Source: an uncultured Bacteroidales bacterium
GTDB lineage: Bacteria; Bacteroidota; Bacteroidia; Bacteroidales; UBA10428
Reading direction: 5' to 3'
Length of the DNA: 64,000 nt
Assembly: GCA_963800645.1 (NCBI GenBank)
Contig: CAWDBX010000011.1
Location: 139,503-203,502 of the forward strand
In this document: one piece after another, positions 1 to 10,961 of the stretch
How the letters are laid out: each line of letters opens with the position of its first letter
Numbering within the stretch: the first letter of the stretch is position 1
The notes under the pieces: model-generated
Told to the model about the DNA's origin: nothing
The model's input: the letters and a program-made list of their open reading frames with translations, nothing else
Database searches by the model: none
Program-made: the position numbers and the translations under genes

Positions 1-338
1 AAGTTGAAAAAAGAATTCCGGGTTTTCCCATCGTTCTCCACGGTGCTTCTTCCGTACCCCAGGACATTGTGGACGAAATCAACAAGTATGGCGGTAAGAT
101 GGAAAATACGGCCGGCGTTTCCGAAGATCAGTTGCGCAGGGCTGCAAAATCGGCAGTTTGCAAGATCAATATTGACAGCGATGGTCGGTTGGCTATGACA
201 GCTGCAATTCGTAAGGTTTTTGTCGAAAAACCGGGTGAATTTGATCCGCGTAATTATCTTGGTCCTGCTCGTGACAAACTTAAAGAATTATACAAGAATA
301 AGATTATCAATGTATTGGGTAGTGCCGACCGGGCATAA
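1..338 (+). CDS. fba: Fructose-bisphosphate aldolase class II, 3' part (gene starts before the window; apparent indel near the window start)
   Basis: C-terminus KINIDSDGRLAMTAAIRKVF...EFDPRNYLGPAR is typical of Bacteroidetes class II FBA. Confidence 0.9.
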   Translation, partial: VEKRIPGFPIVLHGASSVPQDIVDEINKYGGKMENTAGVSEDQLRRAAKSAVCKINIDSDGRLAMTAAIRKVFVEKPGEFDPRNYLGPARDKLKELYKNKIINVLGSADRA

Positions 339-367
339 TTCCCCTGTACTTGACTGTAAAATCCAAA

Positions 368-409
368 CACCCTTCAAGAGGTTCCTGACCCCTGAGGGGT
401 GTTTTTTTT
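368..409 (+). terminator. Rho-independent terminator after fba
   Basis: CACCCTTCA...TGAGGGGTG stem followed by a T8 run. Confidence 0.75.
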
Positions 410-546
410 ATAAGGGTGAAAAAAAATGAATTCATTGCCTGATTTGGCGTGCTTTTTGAGCAGTTATAACCTTTACTGCATTGTATTTTTACCGGAATAA
501 ACTAATTTTATGGTCTGAAAATGATTAGTATTCCTGGATTGGAAAT

Positions 547-3500
547 ATGAAAGAGGTTTTAAGAAAACATTTACTGATTCATCTTATTGGCTGGCCTTTC
601 AATAGCCGGCCATTCCCAGTTTTATAACGGTCACCAGATGAGTTTTGGCAAAAATCGTGTGCAATACAACGAATTTGTCTGGTCGTTTTACCGGCATGAA
701 AAATACGATGTATATTTCAACGAAGAGGGCAAAAACCTGGCCGATTATACGGCTGATTATGCTGAAGAGATCATTCCCAAAATAGAGGCCTTTTTTGATT
801 ATACTCATGAAAAAGAGTATTTTTCGTGGTGTACAACAGGCTTACCGATTTCCGGCAAAGCAATATTGGTTTGGTCACCGGAAAAGATGAGTACAATATT
901 GGTGGAACCACTACGATCAATCGCAACAAGGCATTTTTATATTTTGAAGGAGACTTTGATAAATATGATGAACAAATTACCGCAGCCGTTACCCGAATCA
1001 TCGTAAATGAAATGCTGAACGGATACAGGCTGATCGACAATGTTGCCAATTCCACACTGATCAGCATTCCCAAATGGTATAGCGAGGGATTGGTTGCTTA
1101 CCTGTCGAAACAATGGGATATTGAAACAGAAAACATGGTCAAAGACGGGATCATTAGCGGCAAATATGAGAAGTTTAACCGGCTTACCGGGGACGATGCC
1201 GTTTATGCAGGCCATGCATTCTGGAAATATATTGCCGATACTTATGGCGAATCTGTGATCCCCAGTATCATTTACCTCACCAGTATCAGTAAATCAATTA
1301 AAACTGGATTTTCCAATGTTCTCGGCTTTTCCATCAAGGAACTTTCCTATGAATGGATGGGTTATTATCTGAATCTTTTCGCCGACGATGCAGCCAACCC
1401 CAAAACTCCCGAATCAGGCAAATTATTGAAAAAGCCAAAGAAGGGCGTTGTGTATGAGAAGATCAAAATCAGTCCTTCCGGTAATTACTTGACCTATGTG
1501 ACCAATGATATGGGTTTATACAAGATTTGGCTCCTGAATATTCAAACCGGCAAGAAAAAAAGGATATTTAAAAGGGAATACAGACTGGAGCAAATCACGG
1601 ATCACAGCTTTCCTGTCATGGCCTGGCACCCGTCGGCCCGGTACATCAGTTTTATTACCGAGGAAAAGGGAGGCCTGAAATTGTATTATTACAATATCGC
1701 TGAGAAGAAACTAACGGTGCGGAATTTCCTGTACTACGATAAGGTACTGGATTATTCTTTCTCGCAGGAAGGATCCATGTTTGTCTTTGCAGGAACACGT
1801 TTTGGCAAAACCGATATCTATGTTTTTGATATCGCCTCGTCAACTACCCGGCAAATTACAAACGACCTGGCAGATGATAATTACCCGCGTTTCATTGAAA
1901 ATGACAATAAGATTATTTTCAGTTCAAACCGCGTTTCCGATACCTTGAGTGCGGAAACGGGAAAAACCGGCAGGGCCTTAACCAGTGATCTTTTTATTTA
2001 TGACTTCAAAGGTAATTCGGACGTCCTGATGCGCCTGAATGATTACAAATTCACCAATAAAACCAATCCTAACGAAGTTGGCAGAAATCAGTTCATTCAA
2101 CTCAACGATAATCAGGGTGTTGTAAACCGGTATATTTCCACATTTGACAGTACCATCAGTTATGTGGATACTACAGTGCATTATCGGTATTTTGCCGAAT
2201 CAGCTCCGCTTACCCAATATGCCCGGAATATTCTTGAACAGGACTACAATGCTTCCACCGAAAACGTGGCAGAAATAATATTTAACAACGGGCGATACCA
2301 TCTTTTTCATCATCAGCTCGACAAGCAGGACGTCATCACAGAACCTGTAAAGCCCACGGTATCGCATTTACGACGACTAAAATCGGCTGCTGCAAGGGAT
2401 AGTGTAAGAAACATTAAAAAGGAGATCATCCCCATACAGGAGGTGGTGGATAATACCATAATAAACGGTGAGGATACCGTTTCACTCGGAACCAGTACGA
2501 TTGATATCAATAAATATGTATTTGAGATAGAAAAGATCAATGCCTATAATGAGAAACTCAGCAACAAGAAACTGGAGGTTTCACTGGATACGGCCCAGAA
2601 AGTGCGGCCAAAAATACGGCTTATATCGGCCCGTATTTTACCAGAACAACATGGTTACCCAAATCGATTTTAATTTTCTGAACGCTTCGTACCAGACCTT
2701 TACCGGGGGCGCATTTTATTTTAATCCTGGTTTTAATGTGTTGATGAAAATCGGGGCCAATGACCTTTTCGAAGACATCAAGTTGACCGGAGGGATCAGG
2801 ATATCGCCCGATCTGGATGCTAATGAATACCTGTTGAGTTTTGAAAATCTGAAAAGACGGCTCGATAAGCAAGTGGTTTTTCACAGGCAGGCATTTAGAA
2901 ACAATGTTTTTGATGATGATGGATTTTTCGTGGGGGAAATTAAAACCCATATGCATCTTCTCTCCCTTATTCTCCGGTATCCATTGACGCAGGTAAAATC
3001 AATTTCCACCACGTTCTCGTTCAGAAATGACAGGACCGTTTATCTTTCCAGCAACACCAATTTCCTGAATATCCCGAATGATTACAGGAACTGGCTTGGC
3101 ATGAAACTCGAATACAATTATGACAATACCAGATCACTGGGGATGAATTTGTATACCGGAACCCGGTATAAAATATTTGCTGAGGTCCAGGAGCAGGTTT
3201 ATGAGAACATTTATGAACTCATAGTTTTCGGAGCTGATTTCCGGCATTATACGCGGCTCCATCGTTCCCTGATAATGGCCAACCGGTTTGCCTGGAGTAC
3301 CTCTCAGGGATCGAGCCGGATCATTTATTACCTGGGTGGAGTGGATAACTGGATCAACCTCAATCCCAACAAAACGCCGACATTTATTCCCTTTACCGAG
3401 ATTCCCATTGACAGAACCCAGAATTATGCTTATCAGGCTGTGGGAACCAATATGCGCGGATTTTCGCAGAATATCCGAAATGGTAATAATTTTGCTGTTT

Positions 3501-3844
3501 TCAATACGGAGATCCGTTTGCCGATCTTTAAGTATCTCGCCAATTATCCTTTGAGCAGGAGTTTCTTTGAAAATTTTCAGCTGGTAGCCTTTTTTGATGT
3601 GGGATCTGCCTGGTCGGGACCTACTCCCTGGTCAAGCAAAAATGCCTATGATTCGGATGTAATACAGCAGGGACCCATAACGATTACCATTGATGCCAAC
3701 CGTGATCCGATTGTAGCCGGTTACGGATTTGGAATTCATACCCAGTTGCTTGGATATTTCATGCGATTCGACTGGGCCTGGGGTATTGAGAACAGACAGG
3801 TACTTCCGCCAGTATTCTATTTTTCCATGAGCCTTGATTTTTAG
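547..3844 (+). CDS. Large outer-membrane protein: peptidase-MA-like N-terminus, TolB/PD40-like propeller, BamA/Omp85-like C-terminal barrel (split over ORFs 587-1006, 826-2673, 2540-3844 by indels)
   Basis: FGKNRVQY motif, WYSEGLVAY, propeller-type repeats, MRGF barrel-loop motif and C-terminal Phe; the pieces overlap in different frames. Confidence 0.75.
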
Positions 3845-3926
3845 GTTCCTTAAACAAAACCTATGACCCGGCAACCAATATTCTCCGCTCAGCCCACGAT
3901 CCTTGTCACTTATCTTTCGTCATCCT

Positions 3927-4295
3927 ATGAGTCTGAATGAAATTTTTACACTGGCTTTGATAGGTCTTACTGCGGGCGTAGTTTCCGGAATGCTTGGAGT
4001 AGGAGGGGCAATTATCATTGTTCCCGCGCTTGTTTTTTTCTTTGGCATGACCCAGCATCAGGCTCAGGGGACAAGTTTGGCCGTACTTTTATTGCCGGTT
4101 GGATTTCTGGCCTTCTGGAATTATTATAAACAGGGTTATGTGAATTTTAAACTGGCCCTGGTTGTTATGCTGGCCTTTTTTGTCGGGGGATACCTGGGAT
4201 CGGTTATTGCAGTGAGCGTTCCGGAACGGCCCCTGAAAATAGGTTTTGGCATCCTGATCATAGTTTTGGGCATTAGAATGATATTCAGTAAATAA
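3927..4295 (+). CDS. Sulfite exporter TauE/SafE (TSUP) family half-size membrane protein
   Basis: GLTAGVVSGMLGVGGAIIIVP and AQGTSL motifs. Confidence 0.85.
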   Translation: MSLNEIFTLALIGLTAGVVSGMLGVGGAIIIVPALVFFFGMTQHQAQGTSLAVLLLPVGFLAFWNYYKQGYVNFKLALVVMLAFFVGGYLGSVIAVSVPERPLKIGFGILIIVLGIRMIFSK

Positions 4296-4311
4296 TACCT
4301 TCTGAGACACC

Positions 4312-5505
4312 ATGGACCTCGCCAAAAAAATCATGCAATTTGCCGATAGTTTCTTTAGTGATGTGGTGGACATCCGGCGTCATCTGCATCGTTTTCCGGA
4401 GCTATCCTATGAGGAATTCAGCACGTCGGCCTATATTCAGGAGCAGCTGCGCATTCTTGAAATTCCTTATAAATCAGGATATGTGAAAACAGGGATCATT
4501 GGCCGGATTGAGGGCAGAAATCCCGGGAAAAGAATCATTGCGCTGAGGGCTGATATGGATGCATTACCCATTGCAGAAAAGAATGACGTCCCCTACAGGT
4601 CAGAGAATCAGGATAAGATGCATGCCTGTGGACACGATTTGCACATGGCTGCATTGTTGGGAGCTGCAAGAATTCTTCAAACCCTGAAGGATGAGTTTGA
4701 AGGAACCGTGCTTTTGGTTTTTCAGCCTGCGGAAGAAAAGCTGCCGGGTGGGGCAAGCCTCATGCTGAGTGAGGGCGCCTTCGAGGACTGTCTGCCTGAT
4801 CTGATCATTGGACAGCATGTTTTTCCGGGTCTCGAAGCAGGTTTTGTCGGGTATAAATCCGGAATTTATATGGCCTCCTCCGATGAAATCTATTTAACGG
4901 TCAAGGGTAGGGGCGGTCACGCTGCAGTTCCCCATCAGCTGATCGACCCGGTAGTCATTGCCGCGCATATCATTATTGTCCTGCAGCAGATTGTGAGCCG
5001 TTATGCCAACGCTGCCATACCTTCGGTGTTATCCTTCGGAAAGGTAGAGGCCAACGGTGCAACCAACGTTATTCCCGCCGAGGTTAAAATAGAAGGGACA
5101 TTCAGAACCATGAACGAAACCTGGCGCAAAGAAGCCCATGAAAAGATCGGCAAACTGGCCAGGTCAACGGCAGAGGCCATGGGGGGTAGTTGCGATGTTA
5201 ACATACTGTATGGGTATCCGGTGCTGGAAAATCACGCCGGGTTTACCGGAAAGGCGGCTGAATTTTCAAAACAATTGCTCGGACCTGAAAAGGTCGTTGA
5301 GCTTGATTTGCGCATGACATCCGAAGATTTCGCCTATTATTCCCAGCGTTTTCCTGCTGTTTTTTACCGGTTCGGGACCACCGATCCCCAGGGTCTATTC
5401 CAGTCACCTTTGCATTCGCCCACCTATATGGCTGATGAAAAGGCATTGTTAACTGCCATGAGCAATATATCCTGGCTGGCCTTATCCTTTCTTAAGGAGG
5501 CATAA
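4312..5505 (+). CDS. M20 family amidohydrolase
   Basis: RRHLHRFPELS, RADMDALP, MHACGHD, QPAEE, GGHAA, SEDF motifs. Confidence 0.92.
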   Translation: MDLAKKIMQFADSFFSDVVDIRRHLHRFPELSYEEFSTSAYIQEQLRILEIPYKSGYVKTGIIGRIEGRNPGKRIIALRADMDALPIAEKNDVPYRSENQDKMHACGHDLHMAALLGAARILQTLKDEFEGTVLLVFQPAEEKLPGGASLMLSEGAFEDCLPDLIIGQHVFPGLEAGFVGYKSGIYMASSDEIYLTVKGRGGHAAVPHQLIDPVVIAAHIIIVLQQIVSRYANAAIPSVLSFGKVEANGATNVIPAEVKIEGTFRTMNETWRKEAHEKIGKLARSTAEAMGGSCDVNILYGYPVLENHAGFTGKAAEFSKQLLGPEKVVELDLRMTSEDFAYYSQRFPAVFYRFGTTDPQGLFQSPLHSPTYMADEKALLTAMSNISWLALSFLKEA

Positions 5506-5580
5506 CCGACTACCTCCGGGATATTTTTGCAGGTGAAACATGGCGTGATATTTTTCCTTTGGTCATTTCAATTAATGCAT

Positions 5581-5588
5581 TAATTTTG
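5581..5588 (+). promoter_or_regulatory. Bacteroidota -7 promoter element upstream of ferredoxin
   Basis: TAATTTTG matches the TAnnTTTG consensus, 27 nt before the ATG. Confidence 0.55.
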
Positions 5589-5615
5589 TCGAATTAACTA
5601 TAAAAACGCTTTACT

Positions 5616-5783
5616 ATGGCTTATATAATTAGTAATGAATGCACTGCCTGTGGCACATGTTTACCAGAATGTCCTTCAGAAGCAATTTCAGAAGGAGATA
5701 TATACAAAATTGATCCTGACAAATGTATTGATTGTGGTGCTTGTGCTGATGTATGTCCGGTAGAAGCGATCAGCCCGGCTTAA
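5616..5783 (+). CDS. 2[4Fe-4S] ferredoxin, 55 aa (not in the ORF track)
   Basis: Hand translation MAYIISNECTACGTCLPECPSEAISEGDIYKIDPDKCIDCGACADVCPVEAISPA; two CxxCxxCxxxCP motifs. Confidence 0.95.
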   Translation: MAYIISNECTACGTCLPECPSEAISEGDIYKIDPDKCIDCGACADVCPVEAISPA

Positions 5784-5809
5784 ACATAAAACAGAATTTA
5801 AATTTGCAG

Positions 5810-5854
5810 ACAACCCTTCAGGCGGTTATAAACCCTTGAAGGGTTGTTGTTTTT
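5810..5854 (+). terminator. Rho-independent terminator after ferredoxin
   Basis: ACAACCCTTCA...TGAAGGGTTGT stem followed by a T-rich tract. Confidence 0.75.
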
Positions 5855-5880
5855 AAGCTGAACCCTATTACTGAATCATC

Positions 5881-6627
5881 ATGCAATCCAAAGCATACAA
5901 CCCCGTGTGGAAGGAGAAGTTTCAGGTTCGTTCATTTGACATTGGTCTGAACCGGTCGATGCGCATCAGCAGTCTCTGCAGTTATTTTCAGGAGGTTGCC
6001 GGAAAACATGCCACCCATCTGGATGTAGGATATAAATTTGTGCGGGAGTCGGGCATGGTTTGGGTACTTTCACGCCTGTTCATCCAGATTCACAGATTAC
6101 CTGAATGGGGTGAGGAGTTCAACCTCGAAACCTGGCCCCTGGGCATTGAACGCTTTTTCTACCGCCGTGATTACCAGTTGTATATTGGACATGAAAAAAC
6201 TGTTTCGGCAACTTCCTACTGGATATTGCTGGATCTTAAAACCCGCAGACCAAAAGTGGTCCCGCTGCATGAGGATGTGCTCAGGTCCAATGCAGGCAGG
6301 TATAGTATGCAAATGCCCTCAGAGGGTATGCCCATGGTTACTGCTGATGTAAGTGAAATACATCAGGTAAAATTCAGCGACCTCGACCAGAACCGGCATG
6401 TGAACAATGCCCGTTATGTGGAATGGATCTTTGATCTTCTCGGACCGGACTTATTGGAAAAGACAAATCCGGCTTTTTTTGCCATAGAGTACAAGCAGGA
6501 AGTAAAAGCAGGTGATAGCGTGCTGCTTCGCAAGGAAAAGATTGAGAATGAACGGCTCACTTACGCGGTGGAAGGCACCCTTGCCGGTTCAAAGCAGGTG
6601 TGTGTCAGGTCAAAGATTGTTTTTTAA
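5881..6627 (+). CDS. Acyl-ACP thioesterase
   Basis: Double hot-dog pattern; DLDQNRHVNNARY catalytic motif. Confidence 0.9.
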   Translation: MQSKAYNPVWKEKFQVRSFDIGLNRSMRISSLCSYFQEVAGKHATHLDVGYKFVRESGMVWVLSRLFIQIHRLPEWGEEFNLETWPLGIERFFYRRDYQLYIGHEKTVSATSYWILLDLKTRRPKVVPLHEDVLRSNAGRYSMQMPSEGMPMVTADVSEIHQVKFSDLDQNRHVNNARYVEWIFDLLGPDLLEKTNPAFFAIEYKQEVKAGDSVLLRKEKIENERLTYAVEGTLAGSKQVCVRSKIVF

Positions 6628-6633
6628 AGATAA

Positions 6634-6690
6634 GTCATTCTGAGCGGAGACGAAGGGTGATAAGGAGGCTTCGGCTCGCTCAGCCTGACA
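6634..6690. repeat. REP-like palindromic pair between convergent genes
   Basis: GTCATTCTGAGCGGAGACGAAG ... CTTCGGCTCGCTCAGCCTGAC inverted arms. Confidence 0.7.
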
Positions 6691-6719
6691 GAGAGGCTCT
6701 TCCGGTACAGGAAAGGAAC

Positions 6720-7731
6720 CTATTTTAATTTCTCAATGATCTTCTTTTCGATTTCCTCGGACAGTTCGGGATTGTCGGCAAGCAGCTGTTTTACAGCATC
6801 ACGTCCCTGGCCCAGATCGCGTTTCACCATAGCTGAACCACGATCCGCTTTTCTTCATAATTTCCAGCTCGGTGGCCATGTCAATGATTTCCCCGATCCG
6901 CGAAATGCCTTCTCCGTATAAAATATCAAATTCAGCCTTGCGGAAAGGAGGTGCAAGCTTGTTTTTCACGATCTTGACCTTGGTGCGGTTGCCAAATACT
7001 TCCTCTCCTTCCTTGATCTGGTTGATTTTCCGGATATCCAGCCTTACCGAGGCATAGAATTTCAGTGCATTGCCTCCGGTGGTGGTTTCAGGATTGCCGA
7101 ACATCACCCCGATCTTCTCCCGCAGCTGGTTGATAAAAACGCAGCAGGTGTTGGTTTTACTGATGGTGGCCGTAAGCTTACGAAGGGCTTGTGACATCAA
7201 TCTGGCCTGAAGTCCCATTTTGGAATCTCCCATTTCACCTTCTATTTCGGCTTTGGGCGTAAGGGCTGCGACAGAGTCGATCACAATGATATCAATGGCC
7301 CCTGAACGGATCAGATGGTCCGTAATCTCAAGTGCCTGTTCACCGTTGTCGGGTTGGGAAATCAGCAGATTTTCAATATCCACGCCCAGTTTTTGGGCAT
7401 AAGTACTGTCGAAGGCATGTTCGGCATCAATAAAGGCAGCAATCCCGCCGGCTTTTTGGGCCTGTGCAATGGCATGAATGGCCAGGGTTGTTTTACCGGA
7501 GGATTCAGGCCCGAATATTTCAACCACCCTTCCACGGGGATAACCACCAACACCAAGCGCAATGTCGAGGGCCAATGATCCCGAAGGAATTGCTCCGACT
7601 GTAACAACGGCATGGTCACCCAATTTCATGATGGCTCCCTTGCCAAAGTCTTTTTCGATTTTACCTAAGGTTGTTTCAAGCGATTTAAGCTTTTCTTTTC
7701 TGATGTCGTCGATGGTTTGTTCTTTTGCCAT
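6720..7731 (-). CDS. recA: Recombinase RecA (indel near the 3' end)
   Basis: [29 protein letters not shown]; likely start MAKEQ at 7731; the C-terminus [11 protein letters not shown] continues in another frame to a stop at 6720. Confidence 0.97.
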
Positions 7732-7742
7732 TATATTCCGAT

Positions 7743-8211
7743 TTAATTGATTCCCAATTCGTTCCAGGATCTGCCGGGTATGATTGCCCGTATCCACTTT
7801 GCTGATGATCTTCAGGATGTTGCCCGTTTCATCAATCACAAAAGTTGTTCTCAAAACTCCCATGTATTTTTTCCCGTACATGTTTTTCTCGCCCCATGCA
7901 CCGTAGGCATTAATATTTTGGCCTCGGGATCAGCAATCAGGCTGAAGGGCAATTCAAATTTGGTTTTGAAACTTGGCGTGGGATTTCTCATCGTCGGGGC
8001 TGACACCGATAATGGCAAATCCCCTGGATAAAAGGTCGTCGTAATTATCCCTGAGGTTGCAGGCTTCGGCGGTACACCCGGGCGTATCATCCTTGGGATA
8101 AAAATACAAGATTACCTTTTTGCCTTTAAAATCTTCCAGGCCTACCCATTTTCCATCCTGGTCTTTCCCTTTAAACAATGGCGCTCTAGCGCCTTCTTTT
8201 AATTGTGTCAT
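7743..8211 (-). CDS. bcp: Thioredoxin-dependent thiol peroxidase Bcp (frameshifted)
   Basis: [26 protein letters not shown] and [12 protein letters not shown] lie in three frames. Confidence 0.9.
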
Positions 8212-8352
8212 AGATTTCTGATTTAGTAAAAATACAAATTACCGACTGATCGCACTAAAAATTTGAAAGATTAATTTCAATACAATATTAACAGGGGAGG
8301 AAGGGAGAATGTTTAAGGTAAATAAACTATGCGATTACTTACCCTGGTGATT

Positions 8353-8981
8353 TCAGGCTAACCTGGGAAGATAAACCAGTTTCTTTGTTTCAAAAAATTC
8401 TTCCTCGAAGAAATCCTTCAGGTTGAATATCCTTGACGTCTGGTCCCATGGGTCTTAGTTCCTCCTCCAGTTCCCCTCCCTTGAGCGCAAGCAGTCCGTT
8501 TTTTAAGCTGTTTGTTCCGCCAGGCTGTATGTTTTTCTTTACCCAGCCGTAAAGTTTCGGAATTTCCGCTAACTGCCCTGCAAACCACAAAATCAGCATT
8601 TAACTTCAGGTTTTCAAGCCGTAGATTCATAATTTCACAGTTCCCGAGCCGGGTTTCCTGAATAATGGTCTCAACAACCCTGATCTTCTTGGCAACGGAA
8701 TCAACCAGGATAAACTGCACGTCGGGGAAAATGATGGCCAGGGGTATGCCAGGGAAACCACCGCCGGTTCCGGCATCTATAATGACCGATCCGGGATTGA
8801 AACGGATGATTTTGGCCACCGACAGGGAATGCAGTACATGATGCAAATACAGGTTGTCAATATCTTTTCTGGAGATCATATTGATACGCTGGTTCCAGAA
8901 ACCATACAGAGGTCCCAACTGCAAAAACTGGGAGGTCTGCCGGGCGGATAAGGGTGCAAAGTATTTCTGGATGAGCTGCAT
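8353..8981 (-). CDS. rsmG: 16S rRNA m7G527 methyltransferase RsmG (frameshifted)
   Basis: WNQRINMISRKD, HVLHSL, DAGTGGGFPGIPLAI; the C-terminus LKGGEL...FFETKKLVYL is in shifted frames. Confidence 0.92.
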
Positions 8982-9008
8982 GAATACCGGAATGAATCAG
9001 CACGGGAA

Positions 9009-9607
9009 TTACATTTTGCCGGTAGTGTTCTTAAGAATATTGTACAGCAGTTCCCGGGCTCTGAATAACTGGGCTTTTACGGTTCCAATAGGCAATTCAA
9101 GTTCTTCCGCAATTTCCTCGTAGGAAAGCTCATTGAAATATCGCAATTCAATAAGTTTTCGGTAACGTGGTTTAAGCTTGGAAACCAGCGAACGCATCAG
9201 CTTATTTTCTGCTCGTTAATCAATGTTTCTTCCGGATCAAGCACAGGAGCCTGAATATCCTTGGTAGCCTTTTCATGTTCTTCGTTGCTGTGGTCGAGCG
9301 AAACATGACTGGTTTTTTTCTTTCGGATGAAATCGATACAATTGTTGGTGGCGATTTTAAAAAGCCAGGTACTGAAAGCGTAGTTGGGAGCGTATTGTGT
9401 AATATTCTTAAAAGCTTTCCCAAAGGCTTCAATAGTCAGATCTTCAGCATCACTTGCATTATTCACCATTTTCAGCAACATATAGTAAATGGCATCACGA
9501 TACCGGCCCATGAGTTCGGCATACGCTCGCTGATCACCTTCTGTGGCACGCTGAACAAGCATATAATCACGTTGTGCTTTTTCGGATAGGTTAGCGTTTA
9601 CTTCCAT
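9009..9607 (-). CDS. ECF RNA polymerase sigma-70 factor (one indel)
   Basis: Region 2 DAEDLTIEAFGKAF...FSTWLFKIATNNCID; region 4 SYEEIAEELELPIGTVKAQLFRAR in ORF 9009-9197. Confidence 0.92.
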
Positions 9608-9613
9608 TGGTAA

Positions 9614-10738
9614 TTAGAGGGTCTGATTCGGCTTGATCATGAACAGGCCAAAATTAATGAACAGGGACAATACATCAAACAGTAACGAAATTAATAATAA
9701 ATTTTTCTCATTTAGCCGGATCATGGTTTTTTTAATAACAAAGAGCTGTGCCGCCATACGAAAGGCAAAAACCGATAAAACCAAAGGTCTGTAAACGGGC
9801 CATACCAAAAGACAGATAAAGCTGGCATAAAACAGCGCTCTGCTTAAAGGTTCCAGGGTAAGCATGAACTTATGAGCAGGTTTATAGAGCTTGTTGGTGT
9901 GAAAATGACGTTTCTTTTGAAAAAACCATTTGTCATATGATTCCTTGGGTGCGGTACGTGTATGGCTTTCATGGGAAAACTCAATAGCAGTATTGTCTTT
10001 TGTGGCATTTTCATTTACAAACAGATCATCGTCGCCGGAAGCCAGATGAAAATGATTGGAAAATCCTTTCCCTGAATAAAAAACGGAACGCTTGTAGGCG
10101 AGATTTCTGCCGACACCCATATAAGGCATCCCGAAAAGCGCATAGCTGAAATACTGCAAGGCAATCAGAAGGGTATCATACCGGATATATTTGTTCAGGA
10201 AACCAGGTTGCGGAAAATAACCACCATATCCCAGCACTATGGAAGTCTTGTTTGAAAAACGCGACGACATCCGGCTTAGCCATTGATTGCTTTCTGGTTT
10301 GCAATCACCGTCTGTAAATAAGAGCCGGTCGAATTTGGCAGCTTTAATGCCAATGGTGACCGCCAGTTTTTTGCCATGGGAAAACTTTTTATCCTCCTTG
10401 ATCTCACTAATCCTGAGCCGGGGATATTCCTCCATGTACTTCTTAAGCACGATATCGGTATCGTCAGTGGAACAATCATTGACGACAATAACCTCATACT
10501 CCGGATAGTCCTGTGATAAGATAACGGGTAAATAATTGAAGAGGTTATCTGCCTCATTGCGTGCACAAACGATAACGGAAACAGGTTCCTGCTCAGAAGG
10601 CAGGGAGTTGTTCCTGTAAAAAACAAACCGGATGTAAATACCCAGATAGTAAAAAAGTTGAACAGCAACGGTGAGAAAAAAGATAAGCAATATTATATAC
10701 CATTGATTATCAGCGAAAAAATTTGTGAGTGCTGGCAT
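9614..10738 (-). CDS. GT2 family glycosyltransferase, membrane-bound
   Basis: VSVIVCARNE, VNDCSTD, FTDGDC, SGDDD, QKKRH motifs. Confidence 0.9.
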   Translation of the reverse strand: MPALTNFFADNQWYIILLIFFLTVAVQLFYYLGIYIRFVFYRNNSLPSEQEPVSVIVCARNEADNLFNYLPVILSQDYPEYEVIVVNDCSTDDTDIVLKKYMEEYPRLRISEIKEDKKFSHGKKLAVTIGIKAAKFDRLLFTDGDCKPESNQWLSRMSSRFSNKTSIVLGYGGYFPQPGFLNKYIRYDTLLIALQYFSYALFGMPYMGVGRNLAYKRSVFYSGKGFSNHFHLASGDDDLFVNENATKDNTAIEFSHESHTRTAPKESYDKWFFQKKRHFHTNKLYKPAHKFMLTLEPLSRALFYASFICLLVWPVYRPLVLSVFAFRMAAQLFVIKKTMIRLNEKNLLLISLLFDVLSLFINFGLFMIKPNQTL

Positions 10739-10936
10739 TTGTTTGATTTAATCACGTTGGCAATTTTATTAAAGTTTTTGATGTAAACCAAATTCTACAG
10801 GCTGAACTCAATAATTTTCATGAGAATGCGCCTTTTCCATGCATCCGTTGTACTTCCGGCAGGAACATGAAAGGCCACGTTGATGCTGTCCGGGGGTTAT
10901 ACAGGATAAACATGCACGCCTCATGGTAATAAATTA

Positions 10937-10944
10937 TATATTTG
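10937..10944 (+). promoter_or_regulatory. Bacteroidota -7 promoter element upstream of tgt
   Basis: TATATTTG 17 nt before the ATG. Confidence 0.55.
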
Positions 10945-10961
10945 CTGCCTGACAGTTTTTC

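Noticed and set aside
6799-7881. Apparent Bcp-RecA fusion ORF
   Set aside because: A one-base shift restores a normal Bcp stop at 7743, and RecA has its own ATG at 7731
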